Assembly (NCBI GenBank): GCA_039809385.1
Contig: JBDHUY010000002.1
Span: forward strand, 64,001-128,000
Length of the DNA: 64,000 nt
DNA from: Candidatus Altimarinota bacterium
GTDB taxonomy: Bacteria; Patescibacteriota; Gracilibacteria; JBDHUY01
Direction of reading: 5' to 3'
The notes below the pieces were generated by a model. The model saw only the letters and a list, made by a program, of their open reading frames with translations, ran no database searches and was not told the DNA's origin. Position numbers and translations under genes: made by a program. Positions 27,863 to 38,114 of the stretch are shown in pieces (positions within the stretch are counted from its first letter, which is position 1; the number at the start of each line of letters is the position of its first letter).

Positions 27863-29221
27863 ATGCCCGATCCTATTGTTCTGACCCCAGTGGTTCCAAA
27901 AGAAGAAATAGCGTTTTCCGAAGCAAATTCTGTTGTCGCCGAGGCATCGTCAAACGAATCGCCCGAAGAATCGTTGGTAGAAGAATCCGTAACGGACGAT
28001 GCGCCACAAAACGACTCTCAGGCAGAGAATTCGTCGCCGCAAACTCAAGAAAATACTTCTAACGATTCCTCGTCCGTGCAAGAACAGGAACCGGCAGACA
28101 AGACAGCAGTGATCGAAACTCACATGGAGAATATCGTCACAAGCGAGGGTACGAAAGATTACGGAAAAATTTTGCGACGATTGCTGCAGGTGATGATCGA
28201 CAACTCGGTTTCGGATATGTTCGTGACCGTTGGAGTCCATCCGATTATCCGCGTCTATGGTGATCTGGTAGCATTGAGCGAAGGCTTGGATATTCTAACA
28301 CCCGACGATACTGAGGGCATCGTCCACGAGCTGTTGGCTACCGAGGAACGACGCGAAAAGTTTAAAATCCTGAAAGAACTGGACTTCTCGTTTGCCGTAG
28401 GAGACGAACGTTTCCGTGTGAACGTATTCCGTCAAAAAGGCTATGCTTCGGCCGCGGTTCGCTATTTGCCGGCCAAGATGTATTCGATCGATTCGCTCGG
28501 TCTTCCCGAGATTTTTCGCGAAGTAACTACGCGCAGCAGCGGAGTCATTCTCGTCGCTGGACCGACCGGTTCGGGTAAATCGACGACACTTTCGGCTATG
28601 ATCGACGAGATTAACAGCAATTATAAAAAACACATTATTACCATCGAAGACCCGATCGAATATGTTCACAAGCATAAGAAATGTATCATCGAACAACGCG
28701 AAGTGGGGGAGGATACCGAGAGTTTTTCCAAAGCTCTGCGCTCTGCGTTACGCGAAAATCCGGACGTCGTGCTGGTAGGGGAAATGCGTGATCTGGAAAG
28801 TATTCGCAACACCCTTACCCTGGCCGAAACCGGACATCTGGTCTTTGCCACTATCCATTCGCGGTCGTCGGCACAGTGCATTACCAAAATCGTCGACAGT
28901 TTTCCAGCGGAACAGCAGAACCAAGTGCGTCTGCAACTGGCGGAAGCCGTTGTAGCTATCTTTAACCAGCGTCTGCTCAGAAATGTGGGCGGGAACGGCT
29001 ATGTTCTGGTAACCGAGGTAATGATCGCCAATAACGCCATCCGCAATCTGATCCGCGAAAATAAAATATTCCAGGTAAACAGCAGCATCCAGATGGGACA
29101 AGCTGACGGAATGCATTTATTGGAAGACGATATTGTTCGCGTCATCCGGGAAGGACGGGTTACCAAAGAAGAAGGCGTGAAACACGCGAATGATCCTACG
29201 GCCATCCTACGCGCAGTTTAA
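27863..29221 (+). CDS. pilT: type IV pilus retraction ATPase PilT
   Basis: RFRVNVFRQ, GPTGSGKST, EDPIEY, LRENPDVVLVGEMRD, ETGHLVFATIH, AIRNLIRE motif; acidic N-terminal extension. Confidence 0.95.
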   Translation: MPDPIVLTPVVPKEEIAFSEANSVVAEASSNESPEESLVEESVTDDAPQNDSQAENSSPQTQENTSNDSSSVQEQEPADKTAVIETHMENIVTSEGTKDYGKILRRLLQVMIDNSVSDMFVTVGVHPIIRVYGDLVALSEGLDILTPDDTEGIVHELLATEERREKFKILKELDFSFAVGDERFRVNVFRQKGYASAAVRYLPAKMYSIDSLGLPEIFREVTTRSSGVILVAGPTGSGKSTTLSAMIDEINSNYKKHIITIEDPIEYVHKHKKCIIEQREVGEDTESFSKALRSALRENPDVVLVGEMRDLESIRNTLTLAETGHLVFATIHSRSSAQCITKIVDSFPAEQQNQVRLQLAEAVVAIFNQRLLRNVGGNGYVLVTEVMIANNAIRNLIRENKIFQVNSSIQMGQADGMHLLEDDIVRVIREGRVTKEEGVKHANDPTAILRAV

Positions 29222-29342
29222 ACATATACTTTTTACATCGTTACACGCTTTCCAGTCTTTACGAGTCAATGGCGTAAACTCAAAGTTCAAATGTCAAAAT
29301 AAACTCAAAAGCTTATACTGAAAGAAAAGAAAGCATCAACGT

Positions 29343-29963
29343 ATGAATCAAAGCATTTTCTCGTTCAACGAAAAACAGCGCAAATTGATCCAGGCGATGA
29401 ACGTTCCGGATATGATCGAGCTCTTTTCGCTTACCAATCAAAATGTAGGCGATTTTTTGTACGCTATGCATCGTGAGCCAAAAGAAGTATATATTTCCAG
29501 TGCAGCCTTTGAACTATCCCATTTTAGTTATGATATTGTCGTTCGAATTGAAAAGCGCCTGCTATCGCATAAAGCCGACGGTCGATGGGTTCCGCTGGGA
29601 GAGAATTATCGTATTTTAGGCATATACCTCAGCGAGCACCTGGGCAAAGACCCGTTTCTCTTTCTCAAAAAACCGGAAATAAAAAAACCGAAACTGACTA
29701 TGATCGATATATTCTTCGAAATGAGTCTTTCGCAACTGGGTCAGACAGCCGTAACGGATTTACTGCAAGCCGAAGTCTTGCCTCCGGTGAAACAACGCAT
29801 GCTCAAAAAAACACTGGAACGCTCCCAAGCAGAAAGAAGTTATACTGTCAGTGAAATTTTTACTAAAATGCCGCTTTCCCGTGTCGGGAATCTGAAAGTA
29901 TCGCAATTTTTCGGTGCCGAAGTTTTTCCTGCCAAAAAATCTCCCCGGATACGAAAAAAGTAG
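29343..29963 (+). CDS. hypothetical protein
   Basis: 206-aa ORF co-oriented between pilT and the pilin, with an internal duplication (IDIFFEMSLSQLG / SEIFTKMPLSRVG). Confidence 0.6.
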   Translation: MNQSIFSFNEKQRKLIQAMNVPDMIELFSLTNQNVGDFLYAMHREPKEVYISSAAFELSHFSYDIVVRIEKRLLSHKADGRWVPLGENYRILGIYLSEHLGKDPFLFLKKPEIKKPKLTMIDIFFEMSLSQLGQTAVTDLLQAEVLPPVKQRMLKKTLERSQAERSYTVSEIFTKMPLSRVGNLKVSQFFGAEVFPAKKSPRIRKK

Positions 29964-30547
29964 AATTTCAATGCCTTTCAAATTCAGCTACCAAAAGAAA
30001 TCACAATATTAAAAAACAAGACGGATCAATATTGTAACGGATGCTGGATAAGCCTCCATGACCGTAGAGGAGTAAAGGGATATATACTTTCGGACAGCCT
30101 TAGAAAAACGGATGCGTCCAGTTCGTTGTGTCATTCGATCTTTTTTGAAGGTCACATAAAATATTATAAAAACATATATTGAAATTCTGTCATTTTTTTG
30201 TTACTATGAAAGTGAGCTAGTATTCGTGAGCTCGACTTTCGGGGACGTGGCATCGAACGGACGATCCGTTCATGGATACATTCTTGGATACACGCTTGCC
30301 AGGAGGAGAATTTCCACGGGATACATCCCGAAAGAAAAACCAATACACAAGGTCTTTGAAAAATAGGCGAACAAGGAAGAAAGGAGTCGGGAGAGGGGAG
30401 TTCAGAGAGCAAAGATCATCCGTATTCATATCTGCCGAATCTCTATAAAGCGTAAAGAGTTAGAAAAACTCCTTGCCTGACAGTTCATCCATCATTCTTT
30501 GTTCGAAAGATGTGTTTCTTTATATTTTTTGAAAACGAAAAACAAAC

Positions 30548-31144
30548 ATGGAAAATGCCATTAAAAAGGCTCACGCCGGTTTTACTCTGGTTGAGCTGAT
30601 CGTCGTAATTGCGATCGTTGCCATTCTCTCGACCATAGGGTTCGTATCGTATAACGGATATATCGCCAGTTCCCGCGACACAGTCCGCAAATCCGACCTC
30701 GGTGAAGCGACCGGTGCCATCACCGCATTTATAGCCAGTCAACAGAGAGCTCCTCGTTGTAAGGGCGGAGCCGCAGTATGTTACTTCGCAAAAGATACGG
30801 GAATAGATGCCGCTAAAAAACTGGGGACAGATGCCAATATGCCCGGAATCGAAGATGCCGACTGGGATAAGCTCAATATCAAGAAAACTCCGGAAGATCC
30901 CAAGAAAGCCTACTATGTCTTTGCTAACGGAGCCGGTGACAAATTTGCCGTCTTCGCCACTCTGGAAGAAAACAATAAAGCTTCTTCTTATGTGACCGGT
31001 TCCGACGATTTCTCGACCAGTCTGGGTGGTATTACTGTGAACGGTTTCCCGGTAGATGCAAACGGAGCTATCCAAACCGGAGGCGCCCCCGTAGCTATAG
31101 CCAAGAATGGCGATACCGCAGCAGTTCCATATAAGTTCCCATAG
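30548..31144 (+). CDS. type IV pilin (prepilin-type N-terminal cleavage/methylation)
   Basis: KKAHAG|FTLVELIVVIAIVAILSTIGF...SRDTVRKSDL. Confidence 0.95.
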   Translation: MENAIKKAHAGFTLVELIVVIAIVAILSTIGFVSYNGYIASSRDTVRKSDLGEATGAITAFIASQQRAPRCKGGAAVCYFAKDTGIDAAKKLGTDANMPGIEDADWDKLNIKKTPEDPKKAYYVFANGAGDKFAVFATLEENNKASSYVTGSDDFSTSLGGITVNGFPVDANGAIQTGGAPVAIAKNGDTAAVPYKFP

Positions 31145-31160
31145 TCGATCCCGGATAACA

Positions 31161-31199
31161 ATACAAAAAAACCCCGCTTCTTACGGGTTTTTTTTGTAT
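31161..31199 (+). terminator. intrinsic terminator after pilin
   Basis: ATACAAAAAAACCCCG-cttctta-CGGGTTTTTTTTGTAT imperfect inverted repeat with T-tract. Confidence 0.75.
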
Positions 31200-31496
31200 A
31201 TATGCCAAAATACCGTCTCTCTTTCCGGCTTCTACTCCTCTTTTTCCAGTGTGGGTTCCCGCAACCAATCACGTGTAAGTGATCGGAAATAATAAGGATC
31301 CCCTAAGTACAATGATCGAGGTAGCGACAGATGAGATTACGTGTATTTGAGCTACTCAGAATCTAGTACGAATACAAATTGTGTTCAATATTTTTATACA
31401 CGAACCGCTTGCATAAAAAGATAAACATTACGTGATAATGTAACCTATTCTCCAAGCGTTGGGACAAAGGGGAATTTAATAAGGATATTGTCTATT

Positions 31497-31775
31497 CTAA
31501 GGCCTATGATATGATTTCCTGTCTCGTATTTGCCCTTCACGCGTATGGATCAAAAGTTCCGTCCTTTGATTTCTAGCAAGATTTCTTCCGTATGCTATCG
31601 CCTCTTTTTGATGAGTAAATATTCTCGTAACTTTAGAGCTGTCGGCTCTCTTTACAGCCCATTGTCCATCTTTCGGGATAACATGCTGATTTTGAGCAGC
31701 TAAGCGCGCTGCTTTAATATAGGCAGCAACCTGTTCATTAGATTTGCCTGAAACTTTAAATTTAATTCTATCCAT
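31497..31775 (-). CDS. DUF2188 family protein
   Basis: HVIPKDGQWAVKRADS...FTHQKEAIAYGRNLARNQRTELLIHTREGQIRDRKSY. Confidence 0.85.
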   Translation of the reverse strand: MDRIKFKVSGKSNEQVAAYIKAARLAAQNQHVIPKDGQWAVKRADSSKVTRIFTHQKEAIAYGRNLARNQRTELLIHTREGQIRDRKSYHRP

Positions 31776-31776
31776 T

Positions 31777-32379
31777 TTATAAAACCAATTTGATAATTTC
31801 TTTCTGAGTATATTGGATACTTCTGAGGTAATCAAACTTTTCCGGTCTGCTTACAAAAGTCTTTTCAATAAAATCCATTGTATCACTATTCGTATTAAAC
31901 ATACTTTCGATTATTCTCACATTCACCGTGGGATAATAAGAAAAAATTTCAAGAATGGTGTGTCTAGATTCGCTATGAGTTCTATAAAAATGCGTTTGAT
32001 TGAACTTCCTTTCTCTGCCCAGAAAAACGAGAAAAGCTTTTCGAAGATCTCGCGGAAGTATAAAGTGAATATCCAATTGACGATTACAAGCTAATACATG
32101 ATCTATTTTGATACATGCTCCTTTAAATGTTGGTAAAGTTCCATCAAAGAATATGCCATAAGCATGTATTTTGACATATTGAGAAAGGTATTCGGTTTTT
32201 CCTGATGCACTTCCGCCAGCCAAAACTAGAACTGGCGCAGGAATTATTTCAACTGCAGTTTTAAACCACTTATCGGCAAGTTTTGCGGATTCAGTATGAA
32301 ACTTTTCTGCCTTGTCAGGAGTATAGCTTGGGAAAAAAGTTTTAATTTCATCCGGAGAAATGATAAGAGGGGAAGCCAT
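31777..32379 (-). CDS. zeta-toxin-like P-loop kinase
   Basis: LAGGSASGKT Walker A, IISPDEIK, FFDGTL and RER elements typical of zeta/AAA_33 kinases. Confidence 0.65.
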   Translation of the reverse strand: MASPLIISPDEIKTFFPSYTPDKAEKFHTESAKLADKWFKTAVEIIPAPVLVLAGGSASGKTEYLSQYVKIHAYGIFFDGTLPTFKGACIKIDHVLACNRQLDIHFILPRDLRKAFLVFLGRERKFNQTHFYRTHSESRHTILEIFSYYPTVNVRIIESMFNTNSDTMDFIEKTFVSRPEKFDYLRSIQYTQKEIIKLVL

Positions 32380-32402
32380 AAATTATTATTGAGGGAACAT
32401 TT

Positions 32403-33311
32403 CTACTTATGGTACTTATCGTGTACTTCTTTCAGTTTCTGATTCGTCACATGCGTATAAATCTGAGTGGTCGTAATGCTGGCATGTCCCAGCATTTCCT
32501 GTACCGAGCGGATGTCGGCCCCGGCAAACAAGAGCTGGGTGGCAAAGGTATGCCGGATCGTGTGCGGGGTGACTTTTTTTACTAATCCTGCCATGCGTGC
32601 CGCAGAACGCACGATTGTTTCAACACTGACGGTACTCAGGCGGGTACCTTTGTCTGAAACCGCATCATTTTTTCTTTTCTTGAAATTGATAAATATGGCC
32701 GGAGATAGGTCTTTTCGCTCGTTCATATATTTTTCCAGCCAGGTCCTGGCGCGCTCGGACAAAAACACGATCCGGGTCTTACGACCTTTCCCGCGCACCA
32801 TAAATTCGCCGGTTTTCAGGTTCACCTGATCCCGATTGAGCGACACGATCTCGCTCACGCGCAATCCGGTACTATAGAGCATTTCGATCAAAGCGCGGTT
32901 GCGTAACCCGGTCAGCTGGTCAGTATCGATACTCTCCAGCATTGTTTCCAGCTCTTCGCGTGTAAGAAAAGACACCTCTCGATCTTCCTGTTTCATGAGA
33001 TCGATCTTTTCCGGAGCCAGTACCTGGTAGTCCTGCCTGGTCAGATATTTGAAAAAAGCCCGTAAGGCGATCAGATGATAGTTTTGGGTTTTTCGACTGA
33101 GCGTGCGTCCGTTCTTGTCTTCATGGCGATTGAGGTGGAGGCGGAATTTGGCTACAGTATTCAAATCGATCGTTTCGATAGCGGTTTGAGTCCCGGCAAA
33201 CTGTTCGAACCGCCGGAGATAGTGACGGTAATTGATCACCGTTTTTAGAGACTGATTTTTAGCGATTTCGGCATGTTCCAGAAATGCCAGGATTGCGTCG
33301 CGTAATATCAT
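32403..33311 (-). CDS. tyrosine recombinase XerC/XerD family
   Basis: RNRALIEMLYSTGLRVSE, GKGRKTR, TPHTIRHTFAT, VQEMLGHASITTTQIYTHV. Start reassigned to MILRDA at 33311. Confidence 0.95.
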   Translation of the reverse strand: MILRDAILAFLEHAEIAKNQSLKTVINYRHYLRRFEQFAGTQTAIETIDLNTVAKFRLHLNRHEDKNGRTLSRKTQNYHLIALRAFFKYLTRQDYQVLAPEKIDLMKQEDREVSFLTREELETMLESIDTDQLTGLRNRALIEMLYSTGLRVSEIVSLNRDQVNLKTGEFMVRGKGRKTRIVFLSERARTWLEKYMNERKDLSPAIFINFKKRKNDAVSDKGTRLSTVSVETIVRSAARMAGLVKKVTPHTIRHTFATQLLFAGADIRSVQEMLGHASITTTQIYTHVTNQKLKEVHDKYHK

Positions 33312-33405
33312 AAGACGGACAAAAAGATGAAAAGTATGTTCTCTTATGGCATAAACCATACTATATTTCAGACTTTCTCTCAATCGTTCGTTCTTGCACG
33401 TACTG

Positions 33406-34287
33406 TCATATACGATTATCCCACGAAAACGAGCAGTGAGTTTGATCATCGCAAACCGCTTCTATCGTGCCGAATTGATCGGTCCGGTAGCTTTGGATAT
33501 CGTGTTCCTCGAATCGGTCCAGAATTTCGGTATTGGGATGTTTAAATTTGTTATTTTTGCCGACAGAGATCGTCGCAAACTTTGGGTTCGCGTTATATAA
33601 CAACAAGTTACTGCTGGAAGTTTTGCTGCCGTGATGTCCGGCTTTCAGTATCAGACTTTGAATATCGTACCCCTGATAGAGGAGTGCCTGCTCGAGCGGT
33701 TCTTCCATGTCCCCGGTAAATAAGACGTGGGTATCTCCATACAAAAGCCGAAAAACGACCGACGTATCGTTGATCATATCGTCCCGCACTTTCCGATTCT
33801 CCAAACTGCGTACCGGCGCCAGAATATCCAAATACAGACCCGGCTCGATTTCTATATCCCGCCCGGCCCGCGCGATCAATATGCGGCTTTTAGCGGCTAA
33901 CTGTTTGAATCGTGCATAGGCTTTAGTATCGCTTTCGACCCCGCTATACAGTACCATGGGGATCTCGTACCGTTCCATAACAGATATCAGCCCTTCCACG
34001 TGATCGGCATGCGGATGCGTGAGTACGACCATATCGATTCGAGAGCGAAAGAAACCCAGTTTTTCGGGAAGTACTTGTAAAATCCCGTCCCCCGGTCCTC
34101 CGTCTACCAGAATGTATTTTCCCCGGGGTGTCTGAATGAGCGTGGCGTCGCCCTGTCCGATATTGAGAAAGTAGAGATGCAACCGTCCGTCGGGCAGTGT
34201 AAACTCGAATACGAGAAATAGTATGAGCAGCAGGGAAGCCAGCACGTACGGGATCAACCAACGACGGGGGAGAAATGAGAGTTTCAT
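33406..34287 (-). CDS. ComEC/Rec2-like metallo-beta-lactamase domain protein
   Basis: IGQGDA, LVDGGP, THPHADHVEG, NDTSVV, FTGDME, KAGHHGSKTSS, HPN, RTDQFG. Confidence 0.92.
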   Translation of the reverse strand: MKLSFLPRRWLIPYVLASLLLILFLVFEFTLPDGRLHLYFLNIGQGDATLIQTPRGKYILVDGGPGDGILQVLPEKLGFFRSRIDMVVLTHPHADHVEGLISVMERYEIPMVLYSGVESDTKAYARFKQLAAKSRILIARAGRDIEIEPGLYLDILAPVRSLENRKVRDDMINDTSVVFRLLYGDTHVLFTGDMEEPLEQALLYQGYDIQSLILKAGHHGSKTSSSNLLLYNANPKFATISVGKNNKFKHPNTEILDRFEEHDIQSYRTDQFGTIEAVCDDQTHCSFSWDNRI

Positions 34288-34410
34288 TTTCTTTTTAACA
34301 TATGGAAAAAAGATATCTGTGCGATGATCAGATTATCAGGAAGATATAAACGAATTCTTATATTTGAAGAAAAAGAGTGTTTATTGTCTTCAAAAAGACA
34401 AAACATCAAT

Positions 34411-34445
34411 AAAAAAGACGGAAAATCATAATGTTCCGTCTTTTT
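34411..34445 (-). terminator. terminator-like hairpin downstream of FN3 protein
   Basis: AAAAAGACGGAA-N10-TTCCGTCTTTTT. Confidence 0.55.
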
Positions 34446-34475
34446 CCTGTAACTTGCAAAAGAAAAGAGTGTGTA

Positions 34476-35702
34476 TTATTTAACTTTTTCTTTGCGTCTC
34501 AGAATGTACCCGGCGCCAAAAAGACTCATGATACCGAAGGCGGCCAGAGCAGCGGGACCGCTTTTGGGAAGTTCCACCATTTTGATAACGCCGGCACTTT
34601 CTTTGCCGGTAGCATCCTTAGTTGTAATTTTAAAGAAGTATTTGCCCCCTACCAAATTTTTGATCTCATAGGTCGTAACGCTCGGAGCCAGACTGGCGAT
34701 CTGGGAAAATACGTTGCCGTCTAAACTTTTGTATACCACCTGGGAGACGATATTCTGGACATTCTGAGGCAGATTCCAAGTAAGTGTAACATTATACGTT
34801 GAGGCGACACGTTCAAATTTTGCTACGAGGTTCGTGATATCCTGCGCAGTAGGCAGACTGTTGGACGCAGAAGTAGTAATCGTAGTAGTGACCCCTTTGC
34901 TCTCGCTACCGTTTTGGTCACGGGTCACAAGCTTAAACGCATATGAAGTGGTCGGCAAATAGCTGGTCATGGTATAGGAGCTGGATGTTCCTAAATGTCT
35001 CCCGCTATCATAGGTTGTACCGTTATCTTTTGATGTATAGAGCATCTGGTCGATAACTGCGGAAGAGCTATTTGGTTTCCAGGAAAAATTCAATGTATTG
35101 TTATTCTCGGTAACGGTGAAATCGCTCACTTCGGCTGTATTGCTACCAGTGGTGGGATTTCCGGTGGAACTGTTGGCGTTATCAACGGTACTGTTGGTAT
35201 TGGCAGCCGGGAGGGCGGAATTGGCATTTCCCGTATTCGAATTTCCGCTGCCGGAGGAACTGCCGGTAGTCGGCGAACCGCCAGTTTGAGGTGTGGCGCT
35301 GGATTCGGGACTGAAATACTCACTTTCGTTGCCGGCCGCATCCAGAGCGGTAAGAGCAAAATAGTATTTGGTGCCATTAGTCAAACCGTCTATGGTGGCC
35401 TGCGTTACGTTGTCTACTTTTTTAAACGTATCGTATTCTTTGCGATCGCTACTATTACTATTCTGCTGCTCAGCCAACGAAGTAGTACCGTAATACAACT
35501 TATAGCCGGTAGTCCCGACATTATCCGAAGCAGGTTCCCATTGCAGGGTTACCTGACCGTTGCCGCTGCTGACGACCGTAGGAGCTTCCTCCAAATCGGC
35601 AGGCGGAGTCGTGTCACTGGTCTGGGCTAATCCGGCGGGAGTACCCAAAAGCAAAAAGGGGAGAGCCAGCAGAACCAATAAAGAGCGATTTGTTTTTCTC
35701 AT
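34476..35702 (-). CDS. fibronectin type III domain surface protein with C-terminal LPxTG-like anchor
   Basis: Signal peptide (..AGLA|Q) and three FN3-like domains (GLTNGTKYYFALTA.DAAGNES). The C-terminus is LPKSGP + hydrophobic helix + RRKEK. Confidence 0.85.
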   Translation of the reverse strand: MRKTNRSLLVLLALPFLLLGTPAGLAQTSDTTPPADLEEAPTVVSSGNGQVTLQWEPASDNVGTTGYKLYYGTTSLAEQQNSNSSDRKEYDTFKKVDNVTQATIDGLTNGTKYYFALTALDAAGNESEYFSPESSATPQTGGSPTTGSSSGSGNSNTGNANSALPAANTNSTVDNANSSTGNPTTGSNTAEVSDFTVTENNNTLNFSWKPNSSSAVIDQMLYTSKDNGTTYDSGRHLGTSSSYTMTSYLPTTSYAFKLVTRDQNGSESKGVTTTITTSASNSLPTAQDITNLVAKFERVASTYNVTLTWNLPQNVQNIVSQVVYKSLDGNVFSQIASLAPSVTTYEIKNLVGGKYFFKITTKDATGKESAGVIKMVELPKSGPAALAAFGIMSLFGAGYILRRKEKVK

Positions 35703-35852
35703 GATCCTTGTGTATTTATTTGATAAAATATGTATTTGTCCTATCACTATACCCGATTTCATCCAAAAAAACAATATCAGCCCGGAACTTTTTTGTAATC
35801 CGGATGGCAACAATGTATAGTAGCAGTATCTGTTTTTTTAAACCATACTGTA

Positions 35853-36596
35853 ATGAAGGTTGCTGTTTCTAGCTTTTACTTGTGTGTACTTCTTGTCATC
35901 CCCACGGCCTGTGGTAACAGCTCATTCCCCGAAAACATAAATAAGAACGCGGCTTCTGCGAATATCACCCTGAACCAAGAAACAAGATCATTTTGTGCTG
36001 CCTTATCGGAAAAAAACATTACCGAAGCAGGTATTGCTAAGCCACATATAGTGGCTGCCGATGAAATAAACAACTCGGTATTTATAGAAGAATGTCAGTA
36101 CAGTGAAGAAGCCCCCATCTGTTATTACTTTAACCTCGATAGGTTAGACCAACTTATAGCAAGAAAGTACTTCCGGTACGCATTTCTGAAGCCCTACATG
36201 AATGCGTCTACGATTTTGGCTATTATTCTGAGTCAACAAGAGTGTGGTACCGCAAATTTAGCTCATTTATTGAATACGGGTGACACCAAGGTACTCCCCG
36301 ATCTTCTGAAAAAAGCCGAATTTGGCTTTGATCTGGGGCTGGATCATCATACAAATATTGGTGTTTTTGGTATCATTAACTTTAAACTGTCTTGGTCAGA
36401 TCAATTAACCTATCATACGATTGCATCTTTAAAAAAACATGGCGCTACTTGCCAGGAGGACATTCCGGTTGAAAAACATGAGTCGGAGTGCCGGATTTGG
36501 ATGTTTCAACGGATAAATCTCGCTGAATTCCTGGATTTTATGAAAAATTTAACGGATGCTGAGCTGCCTGCCGCAATATGGGATACGGGAGATTGA
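35853..36596 (+). CDS. hypothetical lipoprotein
   Basis: Lipobox-like VIPTAC after a hydrophobic stretch. Confidence 0.6.
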   Translation: MKVAVSSFYLCVLLVIPTACGNSSFPENINKNAASANITLNQETRSFCAALSEKNITEAGIAKPHIVAADEINNSVFIEECQYSEEAPICYYFNLDRLDQLIARKYFRYAFLKPYMNASTILAIILSQQECGTANLAHLLNTGDTKVLPDLLKKAEFGFDLGLDHHTNIGVFGIINFKLSWSDQLTYHTIASLKKHGATCQEDIPVEKHESECRIWMFQRINLAEFLDFMKNLTDAELPAAIWDTGD

Positions 36597-36781
36597 ACGT
36601 TGTGGCATTTTCCCGACCGCCCCCGAATAGTAATAAAATATTAATACTTAGCCCCAAGCTCCAATCATTGGCCCTGGTTATCGATGTGCCGGTTATGGTT
36701 GATATTTTTCAATCGATGTTTGAAATCATTTGGGATCAAGCTCAACCGTGATTGATTGTTTGTATACTGCTATCTCAGAAC

Positions 36782-36809
36782 ACTTTGTACAAGATACATT
36801 GTACAAAGT
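36782..36809. repeat. perfect 11-bp inverted repeat between convergent genes
   Basis: ACTTTGTACAA-gataca-TTGTACAAAGT. Confidence 0.6.
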
Positions 36810-36877
36810 AAAAGACAAAGAAGGACTGAATCCTTCCCCATACTGTATACGTAATACTTTATTCTAAATACACTGCC

Positions 36878-37549
36878 TTATCGATAAAAACACGGCCGAC
36901 AAACCCCGGTATCGACATCGCACGATCCCGGAACCGTACCGGGTAAAAACTGGGTACCGTCGAAATTCCGGCAGGCGCAGTCTTCATCTTTCGTGCACGC
37001 CGGTTTTTTACCATCTGTAGCATTCTCATTAGACGCTGCCGGCATAGCAACTTGCTCAGTAAACGTTTTTCCGGCAGGAGTTTTACATTGACGCGGATAG
37101 CTTTCCATGACCGGATTTCCGGCTGCAACACAATCGTCAAACGAAAGAATATTCTCGGCGCTGTTCTTCACACAAACACCGTACTCGTCGGTTGTCGTGG
37201 GAGTTTCTCTACAAAATAACCCGTTGGCGCATTGTATCTTGGCAATACCTCCGCAGTTTTGTCCTTCTTGAGCCGCTGCGGGAGCTTTTACGCAAACCCC
37301 TCCGGCATCGGGATAATTTCCGTCATATTGACAAACAAGTCCGGTATCACAGATAAAACCCGCGATACCTCCACACATCTCCCCTGCATGTTTTACTCTG
37401 GAAAAAGTAGAGGCATTCGTATTAGTAACCTGACTATTTAGATTTAGATTGGATTGACTGTTCGCGTTACTATTTACATTGACCGTGTTCGTAGGCGTGC
37501 AGCCGGCAACAATGAGAAGCATACCGGCCAGAAACATGTTTTTTTTCAT
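36878..37549 (-). CDS. Cys-rich lipoprotein (CGGIA repeats; SFxDC..AGNPVMESYPRQC module)
   Basis: Lipobox IVAGC and two GxxCGGIA..C..GL.C repeats. Confidence 0.8.
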   Translation of the reverse strand: MKKNMFLAGMLLIVAGCTPTNTVNVNSNANSQSNLNLNSQVTNTNASTFSRVKHAGEMCGGIAGFICDTGLVCQYDGNYPDAGGVCVKAPAAAQEGQNCGGIAKIQCANGLFCRETPTTTDEYGVCVKNSAENILSFDDCVAAGNPVMESYPRQCKTPAGKTFTEQVAMPAASNENATDGKKPACTKDEDCACRNFDGTQFLPGTVPGSCDVDTGVCRPCFYR

Positions 37550-37607
37550 ATACAAAGGTGACGATATATAGGACATCATTTACTATAATGCCGTTTCTAT
37601 CATATTC

Positions 37608-38108
37608 TTACAAATTATTCGTTTTTTCGGCTTTGAACTTCGAGACAATATCGAATAAAACGATCCCGACAGCAACGCTGACATTCAGCGATTCCTTGAT
37701 TCCGTGCATCGGAATGCTGACTTTGTCATCGCAGAGTTCTAGAATTTCCCGGGAAATCCCGCTAATCTCGTTCCCGAAAACGAGACAAATCGGAAAAACA
37801 GGCGTAAATCGGGTATACGGCACTGTATCGGATCCCGTATCGACGGCGACTAAGCGCACTCCCCTCTCTCGAAGCGTCGTTAACGTATTGACCGGATCGT
37901 GCGTATGTTCAAACGGTACGGTATGTTCGGCTCCCAGAGCAGTTTTACTGATCTCTTTATGCGGAGGAAACGGAGTGTATTCAGACAAAAGAAGCTTTTC
38001 AACGTTGGCGGCGTCGCAGGTGCGAAAACAAGATCCTACGTTGTAAAAACTGCGAATTCTGTCCAGAAAAACATAGACCGGGTAACGATCCTTTTTCAGC
38101 TCCTTCAT
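37608..38108 (-). CDS. TrmH/SpoU family RNA methyltransferase
   Basis: NVGSCFRT, KTALGAE, VFGNEISG, IPMHGIKESLNVSVA. Confidence 0.93.
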   Translation of the reverse strand: MKELKKDRYPVYVFLDRIRSFYNVGSCFRTCDAANVEKLLLSEYTPFPPHKEISKTALGAEHTVPFEHTHDPVNTLTTLRERGVRLVAVDTGSDTVPYTRFTPVFPICLVFGNEISGISREILELCDDKVSIPMHGIKESLNVSVAVGIVLFDIVSKFKAEKTNNL

Positions 38109-38114
38109 ACGGTT

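Noticed and set aside
29964-30547. ncRNA or small gene upstream of the pilin
   Set aside because: The short ORFs have no recognisable features, and no convincing tRNA, riboswitch or repeat structure was seen.
31200-31496. tRNA or dif-like site
   Set aside because: No cloverleaf/TpsiC motif and no convincing dif consensus.
32403-33311. Prophage/integron integrase
   Set aside because: It looks like a housekeeping Xer-type recombinase, with no integron-specific insertion, attC arrays, adjacent tRNA or phage genes.
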